From Guillardia theta CCMP2712 (lineage: Eukaryota; Protista; Cryptophyta): a DNA stretch of 64,000 bases. The DNA lies in assembly GCF_000315625.1 (NCBI RefSeq), contig NW_005434639.1:195511-259510 (forward strand), given 5' to 3'. A model generated the notes under the pieces. It did no database searches. It had not been told where the DNA came from and worked only from the letters and a program-made list of their open reading frames with translations. Position numbers and translations under genes: made by a program. Below are positions 22,345-34,200 of this stretch, one piece after another (position 1 is the stretch's first letter; the number at the start of each line of letters is the position of its first letter).

Positions 22345-25300
22345 ATGTCCACGTCCTCCACGCCCACGTCCTCCTCATCCTCGATTCTCCTCGTCCTCCT
22401 TGTCCTCTTGTTCCCCTTTTCTTCGCTATGCTCAAACACAAGCTCTTCGAGCCTCATTCCTCGAAAGTCAGGAAGCTGCATGCTGGAAGGGCGCTGCGAG
22501 AAGAACAAGCAGGAAAGGGCGCTCTACCAGGACAATGATGAAGGGCGTTTGAGGAGAAATTCTGCATGCCATGCTGAGAGCTGCGGGAGGAGAGCAAGGG
22601 ATCAGCACATTTGGTGCGAAAACCACCCCGACAACGCAGTTCACGCTCACTTCACGAGGGACAAGGTAGCAGCAACGGAGAGCTTCCCCAAGTTCCACGT
22701 TGAGAGGCGGGATGACGTGAGTGCAGACAAGATCGGCAAGAAGAGCACGAGCACGGAAGACCATGTGTCCTCTGACGAGTGCCATCCGAGCTACGAGATC
22801 GCTAACTCGTCGACATGGCTGGAGATCATGTGCGCAGACGGCAGCCAAGGATGGCAGTGGAGGGAAGACAGGGAATGTAAGGGGTTGCACCATGTGTTCT
22901 TCCAGGCGCTTGAGGACGTCTCAGTCTACTTCTGCCATGTCTCCGGCAAGACGCTCGGGTTGTCCGACGACAGCATGTACACGATCAAAGTGTTCAAGGG
23001 AAGCTTGTCGATCCTGTCGTTCTCCACTCAAGAGGATTGCGAGGTCATGCAGAAGAACGGACTGCACGTGTGGTATGGTGGCAATCCAGAAGAAATGTCG
23101 ATCAAGCCATGCGGAAGCTCCGGCGAACTGGAGGGGATCTTGAAGCAGAGGGCATGTTGTCTGCATGAAGCGTCGGAGCACGAGTACGTGTACGATCGCA
23201 GAATAGAGAGCAGCGGCAGTCGGATGAACTTCACATGGAGGGCATGCCTGTTTGAATGCCAACAGGACAGAGACACCTCAAGTCTCGATCGCTCAAGTTT
23301 GGTTCAGAGGTCGTTCGTGGAGACGCTGGACGACATAACCGACAGGATAACCGACGGCATGTCCGGTGCTTACCTGAGATTCCTGCCAGAGGATGTGTGG
23401 GAGGCTTATCAAGGTCTTTGCTAATCAGAAGTTGTCGGGCTAATTTTCTTTTCAGTATCGTTGGAGTCAGGAGGTCGGAATGACAGCCGGGCGGAATTTT
23501 TCCGCGAGTATGCTCAATCGCTCTTACTGACGGGTGCGACAGACAGCGTCCCCCGGACACGTCCCTAACGATGTGCTCTGTAGGAGAGGGGATCATGAAG
23601 GCCGTTCCTGGCTTCGACTCGTCTTGGAAGTGCCTCTGTCCTCCCAACAGGCTTTTCGAACGATTGCCGCTGCCAAAATGCTGCCGTCTGCCCTCCTTGG
23701 GAGATGTCAAGTTTGCATCTGCTCAGGAACATGCATAGGACGCTACTGTGCTCGTGCTGATAGGTTTGGAGCAGGCGGAAGAGACGTTGGCCATGATTCA
23801 GTCTATATCTCTTGGACAGAGGGCTGCCGACACAGGAGAGATCACTCACGACTTCCAGTATGCCTTCCACGCGATGGGAGCAGCTGCGATATTTGACGAC
23901 GACCGTCTTATGCGATTCTTGTGCTTCGTGCGGCAACGAGGTCCCAGCTTGTTCATCGGCCCTCCGGATGTGCAATTGTACATTAAGCACCTCCTCGTGG
24001 GCCCGGGTTGTACCTTCCTTCCGATCCAGCGAGGTGACGTCATCAACTCTCAAACTCTAGCCGACATCCACCAAGAGGCCATGCGGGTGCTGATGCTGAA
24101 GTCCAAGGACAGCGGGAGCGAGCTGAGGGCGCAGGTGGTGGTCATTCATGCAGGGTCTGCGACCCCAGTCCTGCAGAAGCGAATCTTGTCGTCTAGTCAG
24201 GCTGCACAGCTCAAGGTCTTCTCCATCGACTTGAGCGAGATGGTTCAAACCTTAGGGTTCGACAACCTGGACCTGGACACCTCTGGAGCTGGCTTCTCCT
24301 CCTCCTCCTCCTCCCTGGTGCAAGAGACAGGGATCAAGTCCCAGGACCTCCTCAACCAACTCTCCATCGCTACCAAGACCCGCCGAAAGATTCGTTTCCT
24401 CGTCACCACGGCGCTGGTCACTGGGGAGGATGACAGGTGGAGCCGGCAGGAGCTGTACAGGGGGACGTTCAAAGCTCTTGCTCGCCTCGGGTATCCCGAT
24501 CCTCTAATAGTCGAGGCCGTTCATGGAGGGGAGTCTCGGAGCTTCTTAGAAGGCTATGGGCACGTGGTCTACACCGACCTCAACGACTTTGAGAACCAGG
24601 GCAACAACGAGGGCAGGTCGATGCTGCTGGCGCTTCAGACTTGGGATGTGAAAGATGATGTGATGGTGAGCGGAAGCAATCAAGATGCTTTTCTTTTCTC
24701 CTTTCTCCTCCGCCTTCTCTCCCCCTCCATCCTCCTTCGCTTCTTCCGAACTTCCTGCTCGCTGCTCACTCTTTCCCCTTCCTGTCCTCCTCCCCATGCT
24801 CCCACTCTCCTCCCTGACAGAGGAACTAGGTCATCAAGCTCACGGGTCGATACTCCCCCGCTGATCGCAGACTCGTTCAGGTTCATCGTGACGCTCTTGT
24901 GCATGCACGTTGACCCGTCGTCTTCCGTAGCTCGTGGAGCTCAACACCCATCAGGACGCGATCGTCAGGGTCCGCAACGTCTCAAGAAGCGATCCTAACT
25001 TTGACTCCTAAGTCCAGGTCTCCATGAACGACGGGTTGATGTTCACCGGCTGCTTTGCGATGAGGAAAGGGCTCCTGCAGGAGGCTCTCAGCGCGATGGA
25101 CTGGAACCAATACGAGTAGTCCAGCTCCTCCTCCCACCAGCCGATGCTAACCACTTGTCTCCTACAGATCGCACGGAGTTCATCTTGAGTGGGCGATGTG
25201 ATCGTTTTCTCTCCCGTTCCGACGGTCCTCCTGACTTGTCAACAGGGTCCACAGACTCCGTCAGATCTGCGAACCGGACGATTGGCTGCTCGAGAGGACA

Positions 25301-25390
25301 GTGAGCTTCGAGGCATGTAAGGTCATTCTGATCCCACAACTCGGCGTACTGGCGTACAGGTCAACCCTGTCGCATCCTGAACTCTGGTAG
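22345..25390 (+). CDS. Large secretory-pathway multidomain protein with a C-terminal glycosyltransferase-like (KLTGRY) domain
   Basis: Signal-like SILLVLLVLLFPFSSLCS, then a Cys module (C..EG.C...C.RRA....WCEN....VHAHF), then long exons. The C-terminal part reads LVTTAL..R...Y....IVEA...NQGNNEGRSMLLAL....DDVM|VIKLTGRY...FTGCFAMR. It may be more than one gene. Confidence 0.6.
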
Positions 25391-26672
25391 CGAATGTACG
25401 AACGTGGGGCAAGCAGAGTAAGGGCTGGAATCGAGGACAAGATGATGGAGTTATGGGGGAGGTGGGGTAGGACTAGAAATCCATTGAATTCCGCGTCACT
25501 CCTAAGACAACCGATGGCCTCGACTAGCCATCAAGATGGCTGCAGCGATGGGGAGAGAGATGCCAGAGTTGAGACTAGCAGAATCAGTTATTCTTCTTCC
25601 GACTTCGAGCGCGATAGGAAGGCGACGAGGCAAGCTGAAGCTCGTACAGACTTCACAGCATCGCGAGTACATGGCATGTAATCTGATCCATCGGCTTTCT
25701 TCAGTCAGTATCAATCTTGTTCTTCCATCCTCTGACTTCATAGAGGCATATTTAGCCATCTGAGCTGTACAGGCTGCATCATCTGCAGGTCTTGACGTGT
25801 TAAGCACGTAGGCACAACTTGTCTGCTCGTTCTTTCGTCATCATCTTGTACTCCTTCTCCTGCACTTGTGAACTCTTGTACTTCTCCTCCTCCTCTCCTC
25901 CACTTGGTGGTGGTGGTGGTGGTGGAGGAGGAGGAGGTACTTCACCATACTGCCAACTTAGTCTCTGTACACTCTTTGATTGAATTTCGGGGGATCCATA
26001 CGGCTATGGTGACTAAAAGTTTTGTGGTACCGTCGCATGGTTATTCGGTACAATAATAAAAACACTTTTACAAATTGCGATAGGGTGGGGCGGACGCAAA
26101 TTGACTTTGGACCGGTAATATGACAGGGAAAAGTAGGGGTAGCGAAGATTGTGGAGTGGACACCAATTTCGGGGGTGCTGAAGTCGCAACCGCCATGGAG
26201 GAGGAACTGACAGAGAAACTGAGGAACCAGGTGCGATGAGGGGGAGGGGAGAGGGAAGGAGGGGAGGGGAGGGGAGGGGAGGGGAGGAGAGGGGAGGGGA
26301 GGAGGGGAAGAGAGGAGGGGAGGAGGGGAGGGGAGGAGGAGAGGGGAGGAGGAGAGGGGAGAGGAGAGACGAATAGATCAGACACAAAGCGAGGAGGAGA
26401 GGAAGAGATCGAGGCATGAAGGAGAGAAACGACCAGAGAAGCGGGATGAAAAACGGAGGACGAAGGGAGGCAGGGAATGAATGAGAAAAGGAAAGATCAA
26501 GGAAGGGAAAGGAAAGAGAATATTTGTCCTTGATGACCGGTCAAAACTTTGTGAGAGAGGAGTATGATAAGCGGAATAGAAGAGAATGGAGGAAGGAAAG
26601 AAAAGGCCAAGAGCAGCGAGAGAGTTTCAAGTTACAACTGAAAGATTCAAAAATTTGAAGTAGAAATACCAG

Positions 26673-27456
26673 GTGTCTGCTCAAGCATTCGCCCTTGACA
26701 ACGCAGTGTACACGATAGAGGAGCTGCAAGAAAAGCTCATGAATCCAGAAGAGGGGGAGACAGAAAAGTCATCGTGGGATGATATGCCGATAGAAGAATT
26801 ACGAGACATGCATAAGAAGAAGAAAGCAGAGTTTGATGCGCACGACAAGGAGTTTGAAAATGCAAAGGTGACCGTTGTCCTCTCACCTTGCTCGCCTTTG
26901 ACTGTCCTGTCTCTCAGAACGAGCTGGAGAGCATAAGAGAACAGATTGTTATGTTGAAGACGAGTCAAGGAGTTGTTCTTAAGAAGTCTTCTTCATACCC
27001 CAAACAGCATCATTCAACTGAGACGACCTATGACACTTCCGACTCTCCCTTTTTCAAAACGTTGAGAGAACAACGACAGAAGTTAGAAAGCGTTTTGAGT
27101 ATCGTCCACAGCCAGTTAGAGCGAGTGAACGAAAGGACAAAGTTGAAGTCAGAGATTTTACACTATGAGAATTCGGTGAGTTCTGTGGCTCTATGGTAAC
27201 TATCTACTGCTTCATCCATCCTTCTGACGTAAACATGACTAAGATGTGTTTGTTTGTTTGTTTGTTTGTTTGTTTGTTAATGTGTGTGTGTGTGTGTATT
27301 GAAATCGGCTCGTTTATGTTGGTTTGATGAATTCCTTTCCAGCTCATCTGCAGGAAAATCGCTCTTGAGAACGTAAAAGAAGGCATGGTAAAGGCGCAGG
27401 CAGAGCTGGAGATTCTGAATGCAGTTTTCAACCCCAAGAAGTTTTCGATCAATTGA
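26673..27456 (+). CDS. Uncharacterised coiled-coil protein (3' exons; 5' end unresolved)
   Basis: Three exons joined by GT-AG introns give a Glu/Lys-rich heptad-like sequence ending ...ELEILNAVFNPKKFSIN*. Confidence 0.5.
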
Positions 27457-27512
27457 TTCATGATAAGAGTTTGAGATTATTTACAAGTGATTGAAACAAG
27501 GGATGCAAAGTG

Positions 27513-29210
27513 TCACGATTCGACTTTTCCGGATTTGCCAAAGGTGAATTCCATGCGAGACAAGATTCCATCGACGGCTGTGGGCTCACATACTACGGAC
27601 TGAGGGCGCTGGTCAGGAGGGCGGAGAGGAAGGAAAGAGTAGGAGGGATACAGGATGAGCAAGAGAAGTGGAGAAGAAGAAAAACAGCGAAGGTGAGGAG
27701 AGGAATAGGAGAGAAGAGGAGAAAAGAAAAAGGAGGGGAGCGATGAAGAGAAAAGACATCAAGAAAAGAAAACGAGAAACGATCTGGAAGAGCAGAGACA
27801 AGAAAAGAGAGGTAGGATAACGGAGATCAGGAGGGAAAACTTACCCGCAGGAGCGGTTTCTTCTTCTGATTGGCAAAGTTCGGCGAGGGGAAGGGCTGGG
27901 AAGGGGGAAATCAAGAGGCAAGAGGGGAGGGAGCAGAACGCTCACCATGATCTTCGCTAGAGCAGAAGCTCCACCCAACGACGAAGCAGGAGCACCGAAC
28001 TTGAGGTCTGGCATGCGCAGGCGTCAGGAGGAGAAAGAAGAGCTGGAGCAAGGGAAGGAGCAAAAGCAGGAGCAAGTGTAGGAAAAGGGAGGCTGGACCG
28101 TGGGGCAAGAAAAGTCCCTTGGCCCCATCGCTCTTCGCCTGCTCGCACAACATTCAGCAGGTCGGCAGCTGGGCTTGTCAGACCCCACGTCACCTGCTCG
28201 AGCGTCCTGATGACGTCATCAGTCGTCAGCCCGAAGGCCTTCTTGAGCACGGGCTCGAACATCCTGTCGAGACTCGGATGATGGTCCTCCACCTTGGCGT
28301 CGTAGCGCTGGTGACATACAAGTCACGTGATCTGGGAGACCCTCCCCCCACCTGGTCTCCCTTCCATCCCCCTCCCTCGTCTCCCTTCCCGTCGATCTTC
28401 ACTTTGTCATCTTCCCATCCCCTTCCTGTTCCCTTCCCCTTAACCCATGTCAACTCTCTTTCTTCCTCCTCTCTCTCTCTCCTGTTTCGTTCTGCTCTCA
28501 CTCAACTCCTCTCCCCTCCTCTCCCTCGTCTCCTGGCCATCTCTATCTCTTCTTCCTCTCCCTCCTCTGGTTTGCTATCTCTCCTCTCCCCTCCCCACCT
28601 CCCTTCCCTTTCACACCTTGGTGAACGTGTTTGACGCGTAGACAAGCTTGCCTTTGGAGTAGATGAGGTACATCGGGACGGACTTGATATTGTGACGATC
28701 GGCAAGGAGACGAGACTCAGCAATATCGAACTGCTCAGATACATCAGCCCTCCCTGCCTCCCCCTTTCTCCCTCTTTTCCCATCCCTCCTGCTTCCTGCC
28801 TCCTGCCTCCACTGCCTCTGGACCTCCGATTGCCACTCCCCCCCCCCCCCCCCCGCTCATTACCTGCATCATACGGAAAGGAATCTGATCTGCAGACTTC
28901 AAACACTTCCGCGTGCTCAGGTCCATATCCCCGTATCTGCTCCCATCGGAGAAGAAATGAAAAGTCAGGGACCACTATCAAGGGGGAGGGACGCCTCCCT
29001 TACCTCTCCCAGATTATTCCGTTCACATCCTCCATTAGCGCGAGGGCCTGCTACAAATTCAGCTCCTTTTCTTTGCCCTTTCGCTCCACGGAAACTCCTT
29101 TCTTCCCTTTCTGCCTTTCCTTCTCTGTAACCCCCTTGCTTCTCCCTCCTCCTCTTGCTCCCTCTTCCCCATTCTCTTCATCCTGCTCCCTGCTCCCTGC
29201 TCCCGCTCTT

Positions 29211-29249
<39 letters not shown>

Positions 29250-30651
29250 CGCTGCTGCTGCGCTGCTGCTGCTGCTGCTGCTGCTCCTCCTCCTCCTCCT
29301 CATAATCATGATCACCTTGCTCGACGCATTCGGCGAGGCCGCAGACACACACACCACCATGACGACCTGCTGCTGGGGGGCCTTTTGGAGAAAGGAGTCG
29401 TACTCGGAAGACTTCAGGCTGGGCAACTTCACCTTCTTCGTGAAGTAGGGCGCGAACCGGGTGCAGGTCTCGAACCTTCCTCCCATCAGCACCGGGGCTC
29501 TCACCGGCTCCGAGTTCGAGTCAGCTCGTGGGAGGATGCACTTCCATCCCTTCGCCATCTGCCACCTCCGTTACTTCAAGTTCCTCCCTTGCCCCCTCCT
29601 CCTCCCCCCCTCCCCCCCGTCTCCCTCTACTCCAAATTTCACCGCTGCTCTCCCTTCTCCTTGTCCCCTTGTCCCTCTCTCCTTCCCTCCCCACCTCACT
29701 TCCTTCCTCCACCACCCCAGTCCTCTGCTCTTCTCTCTTGTCATCCCTTCTCCCTTCTCCCTCCTCCCCCTCAACCTCCAGCCATGTCCTCACCTTCTGC
29801 TGCAGCATGTAGCTCTTCGACTTTGTGTCCACCCCCTCGGTCCACTTGGGCCTCCGCTTCCCGTCCTCCCCGATCTCATGCTCGATGTAAGGGAGCGCAT
29901 GCAGGGCACCAGCGTTCTCCGTCGTGATGGTCGTGATGACATTGATCTGATGCCTTATGCTCTCCGTAGTCACTTTGCTCGGGTTGTTGGCCAGTTCCAC
30001 AACACGCGGGTCGAGGGTCCCGTCCTTGGGCATGACAGGATCCACCTTGACCGCCTTGAACGTGTCACGGAGGACCTGAGTCTTAGACAGAGAGTCTCTG
30101 CACTTCTCTACATCCAGGAACAACTTTCCCCGCTCATTTCCTCTCCCAGTCCCAATCACCTTGTCCAGGTACGTGTCGCTCCTCCTCATCACCTGACCCA
30201 GCTCGAACACCAGGACCTTGTCCTGAGCCTTGAAGGTGCATCGGATGTTCTGCCGATCCGTGATGTTCATCGAGAGGAAGTCATTGATCTTGACGTCGAT
30301 GGGGTCCTTCAACGGCGACTTCTCCCATGTCCACCGCCGCAGGCAGTTACCGTCCTCGTCGTAGTACGCCCCCCCGCTCAGTGTTGTAGAGACCATCACC
30401 TTTCCGCTCTTGTACATCATCGACCCCTCCCCCCTGCAGTTCCAGCTCCCCAGCACATCCTTCCTTCCCTTGTGCCTGAAGAACGTAGTGTACAGGCCGG
30501 GGGGTATCCCGTCCCCTGCTACGATGTTCACCGCTATCCTCCCATCAGGATAGTGGACGATGCCGCTCCCATCCTTCTTGATGTAGGACAGGAGCTGACC
30601 ACTGGGGTAAAACCTCCTGGACCCCCCTAGGATGTCCTCCTCGTCCGACAT
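27513..30651 (-). CDS. FAM194-domain (C3orf20/ERICH6-like) protein, multi-exon
   Basis: FYPSG....DGSG.VHYPDGRIAV ... LGSWN.RGEG..MY.SGK ... GG.YYDEDG...RRWTW ... I.VKINDFL...ITDRQNI...F matches FAM194. Later exons give FDIAESRLLADRHNIKSVPMYLIYSKGKLVYA and DG.KGLFLP..KF, as in C3orf20-like C-termini. Confidence 0.8.
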
Positions 30652-30820
30652 TCTGCCCTCCCCTAACCTGGCCGTTGGATACAACACCGGCACCTTTGCC
30701 TTTTATACTGGGGTGGGGGTGGGGCCTCCCTAAGACGAAAAAGGCAGTTGCTGGATTCGGAAGTTCCAGGCGTGTATAGAGCGAGGGCAGGGGAGAGGGG
30801 AAGGGGAACGGGGACGAGAA

Positions 30821-30928
30821 GGAGAGGAGAGGAGAGGAGAGGAGAGGAGAGGAGAGGAGAGGAGAGGAGAGGAGAGGAGAGGAGAGGAGAGGAGAGGAGA
30901 GGAGAGGAGAGGAGAGGAGAGGAGAGGA
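30821..30928. repeat. (GGAGA)n pentanucleotide microsatellite just upstream of the assembly gap
   Basis: About 21 perfect GGAGA units. Confidence 0.95.
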
Positions 30929-30962
30929 GGAGGGAGGGAGGGAGGGAGGGAGAGGGGAGGGA

Positions 30963-31062
30963 NNNNNNNNNNNNNNNNNNNNNNNNNNNNNNNNNNNNNN
31001 NNNNNNNNNNNNNNNNNNNNNNNNNNNNNNNNNNNNNNNNNNNNNNNNNNNNNNNNNNNNNN
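30963..31062. other. Assembly gap (100 N)
   Basis: Run of N. Confidence 1.
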
Positions 31063-31238
31063 GCCTCCACGGACTCAGAGAAGTAATTTCAAACATTCTT
31101 TATAAACACAAACGAAGAACAGCAGTGAAAGAATAACAACAGCAATGTGCATGCAGGGTAAAACTTGCTCCTCTCGTCTCCCTCCTCTCCTCGCAGCGAC
31201 AGGAGAGTCCTCCACGTTGACCGGGCACCAGCAACCAA

Positions 31239-34200
31239 TCAAGCTTCCTCCTCCTGCACACTCGTGGCGTTGTACTTCTCCTCCTGCTCATCTGACACAG
31301 CAACGGGCCTGGCACATCCAATCTCAGTATCTTCAACTCTCTCTCCCACCATCGTCCTTCCGCCCACTCCCCGTTCCAACTCACCAGTAGTTTCTTCCTC
31401 CTGCGTTAGAATCTAGCTGCGGAGATCCTTTCCTCATGAAGCCTGAGCCCTGCATGAGAGGTCAGACTCTGCACAGAGGGAGAGGGAGAGGGAGAGGGCG
31501 AGAGAGAGAGAGCGGAGGGGGGAAGGAGGGAGGAAGCAAGGAAGGAAGAGAGAGGCAGTTGATTAAACCAAAGCACAAGAGGACAGAGAAAAAGCAGCAG
31601 AGGAGCGGAGGAGGAGGGGAAGGAGGAACACAGACCGGATCAGGCTTGTAAACTTGTTGCTTGAGAGATCCCGATTCGCCATCGTCCTCCTGATTGTTCT
31701 TGGCAACTTCGCCGAAAGTTGCGCCATCCCCGATCTCACTGCGAGAGCTGGTGAGGAAGGAGGAGGACAAGGAAGGAAAGGCACGAGGACGAGGAGCAGG
31801 AGGAGGAGAAGCAGGAGAAGAAGCAAGAGGACGAGGACAACAAGGAGGAGGAAGACATCGAGGAGGAGGACAAGGCGGAGGAGTCGAAGTCACCTGCCCG
31901 GTCCGATCGATGCTCCGGCTCCGAGCTGTGCTCCTTCTCCAATCTGGAGACAAGCGATGAGCAGAGAAGAGGAAGCAGACGATATTTTGATGGAGCCGTT
32001 GAAAGAAATGACAAGCAGGGGAGGGCGAGCTCGTGTAGGATTGAAGCAAGGAGATGTAGCGAGAGGGAGGAATGAAGTAGAGAGGGGAGGATCGGACGAC
32101 GGAGGTAGAGCAGTAGACGGGCGGGAGAGGATGGTTGTGGAGGCAATTAGCACATGATCACCTTTGAAGCCGCTCCAAGGACAGCGTGAGGTCCGAGATT
32201 GGCGTCTGTGCCAAAGGAAGTTCCTTGACCAGCATGAAGTGACGAGGCGAAGGTGACGTGGTCGGCAATCTGGTTACGAGCGCCAAGACGGGCGTTGCTG
32301 GACACGAAGGTGAGCTCCAGGAAAAGACGACGACGAGGAGGAGCAAGGAAAGAACGTGGGTTTGGAGGGATCGATGGTGGTGATGGTGTTGGAAGGAAGG
32401 AGGGAGGGAGGGAGGGTGGGTGGGTGGGTAGGTGGGAGGATGGAAGGAGGAGAGGAGGTGTAGGAGGAGGAGGAGGAGGCGGAGGAGGAGGAGAAGGGGG
32501 AGGAGGAGGAGGAGGAGGAGACGGAGGAGGAGGAGGGAGGGGGGAGGGGGGAGGAGGAGGAGGAATCTCAGGGGGCTGTGGGGGCCGGGAGTTGCAAGGG
32601 AGACATGAGCCGACATCACCTGCCGAATTCGACATGAGGCCCTATCGAGTTGTCATCTCCCAGCTGAGCATCCGCCGCAAACTTCGAGTTGGCGCCCACC
32701 TGGAAGGAGGGGTCAAGTGCGGAACGGGCTTGTCAAGCCACGCTGAACCTCGTTGTCGTTGCCCAGCTCCGCCCCCTCTCCGAAGGAACTCTTGTCACCA
32801 AACTTGTTGCCGTCACCAAACTTGGCGTTCCTCCCGAACTTTGAGCGGCTCGCAAACTGCCGGGGGTCAGTTCATGGGAGGGATGGGGAGCAGTCAGTAC
32901 CTCGTCGAAGCTCCCGAACTTCTCGTCACTGCCGAACTTGTCGCCCTCGCCTGACAGGGGAACTTGAGAAGACCCACACACACCGACGTCTCTCACTACC
33001 GAAGGAGATGTTGTTGCCGAAGACCACTCCATCCCCGAAGCGAATTCTTGCTCCGAACTGTGAAAACAAGCAAGAGATCAGGGCAGGAAAGTATGAGAAC
33101 ACGCAAGAGATCAGGGCAGAGTGGAGGAACGAGCAGGAGAAACAGGCGAGAACGACGAGGAGGTGATACGGGAAGGAGGAGGAGTTCAGTTATCACGGCA
33201 AAGAGCAAAGACACAAAAGTGAGCAAGGAGAAAAGCAAGATCACCTTGAGATCTCCCCCAATTCCCTCAGAGCTATCGTCTTCTGTTTCACTGCTGTTTC
33301 CACTCTGACTACCGTGTCCTGCCTCAGTGGCGTTCGTGCTCCCTTCAAGCAAAGACATCTTCTTCCTAGTCAACATCCTCTGACTCTTCTCCTTCCCTTC
33401 CTCCTTGTTGAGACTCTTCAACACGTTGCTCAGCATCGACTTCAGGGCTTGCATGTCGGCCAGGGAGGCAAACTTGCCGGTCTTGCCCACCACCTTCTGC
33501 GACGTCTTCCCTTGGACAGCTTTTGTCTGGCTAGCCTGTCCTTTCCTTCTAGCAAGCTGCTCCCTTCGCCTCTCCATGCTCTGCTTGAGCTTCTGCAAAC
33601 CCTCCGGCAGCAGCTTGCTATCCCCCTTCTGCTTCTCTACCGGGTACCATGCCCCGCAGCAACTTGCCGCAATCTCCTCGCATAACAAACCGCAGCAGCA
33701 CAGACCGTTGGGAGTGATGTCAGCGGCGTCGTCTTCAGGGAGGGGGATCGACGAGTTGCCGCCTCCTGAATTGTTCGCCAGCCACTCCTCGAGATTGAAG
33801 TCTGGCTGCTCCGCAAGCCAAGCGTTGAGATCGAACGCGCTCCCGGCGGTGTAGTTGCCTCCCTGAGCCAGCTGCATCTTCAAGCTCTTCTGCTTGAGGG
33901 CTGTCTTGGCAGCTCTACGGGCTTGCTTGCGGTTGAGGAGGATCTGAGAGGATGTAGTCTCGGATCTAGCCGACTGCAACCACTTGTTGATATCGACCTC
34001 CTGCTGCTCCCCCAGCCATTTTGACAGGCTGAATGCATCAGAGGCATTCTCCTGCTTCTCAAGCCAGGCATCGTCATCTTCCAGAGGATGGTCCTCCAAC
34101 CACTTTTCTATGTCCACGGACGGCTGCTCGTCAAGGAAGCGGGTCATGTTGAACGCGCTAGAGCGGTTCCCCTCCTGCTGGTCTAACCACTTCTCCACAT

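Noticed and set aside
22005-22508. Acidic N-terminal extension (EDEEDV...) in frame with the F-box-like exon
   Set aside because: It overlaps the signal-peptide region of the + strand gene starting at 22345 and consists of TCC/TCG low-complexity sequence. Met at 22004 is the more parsimonious start.
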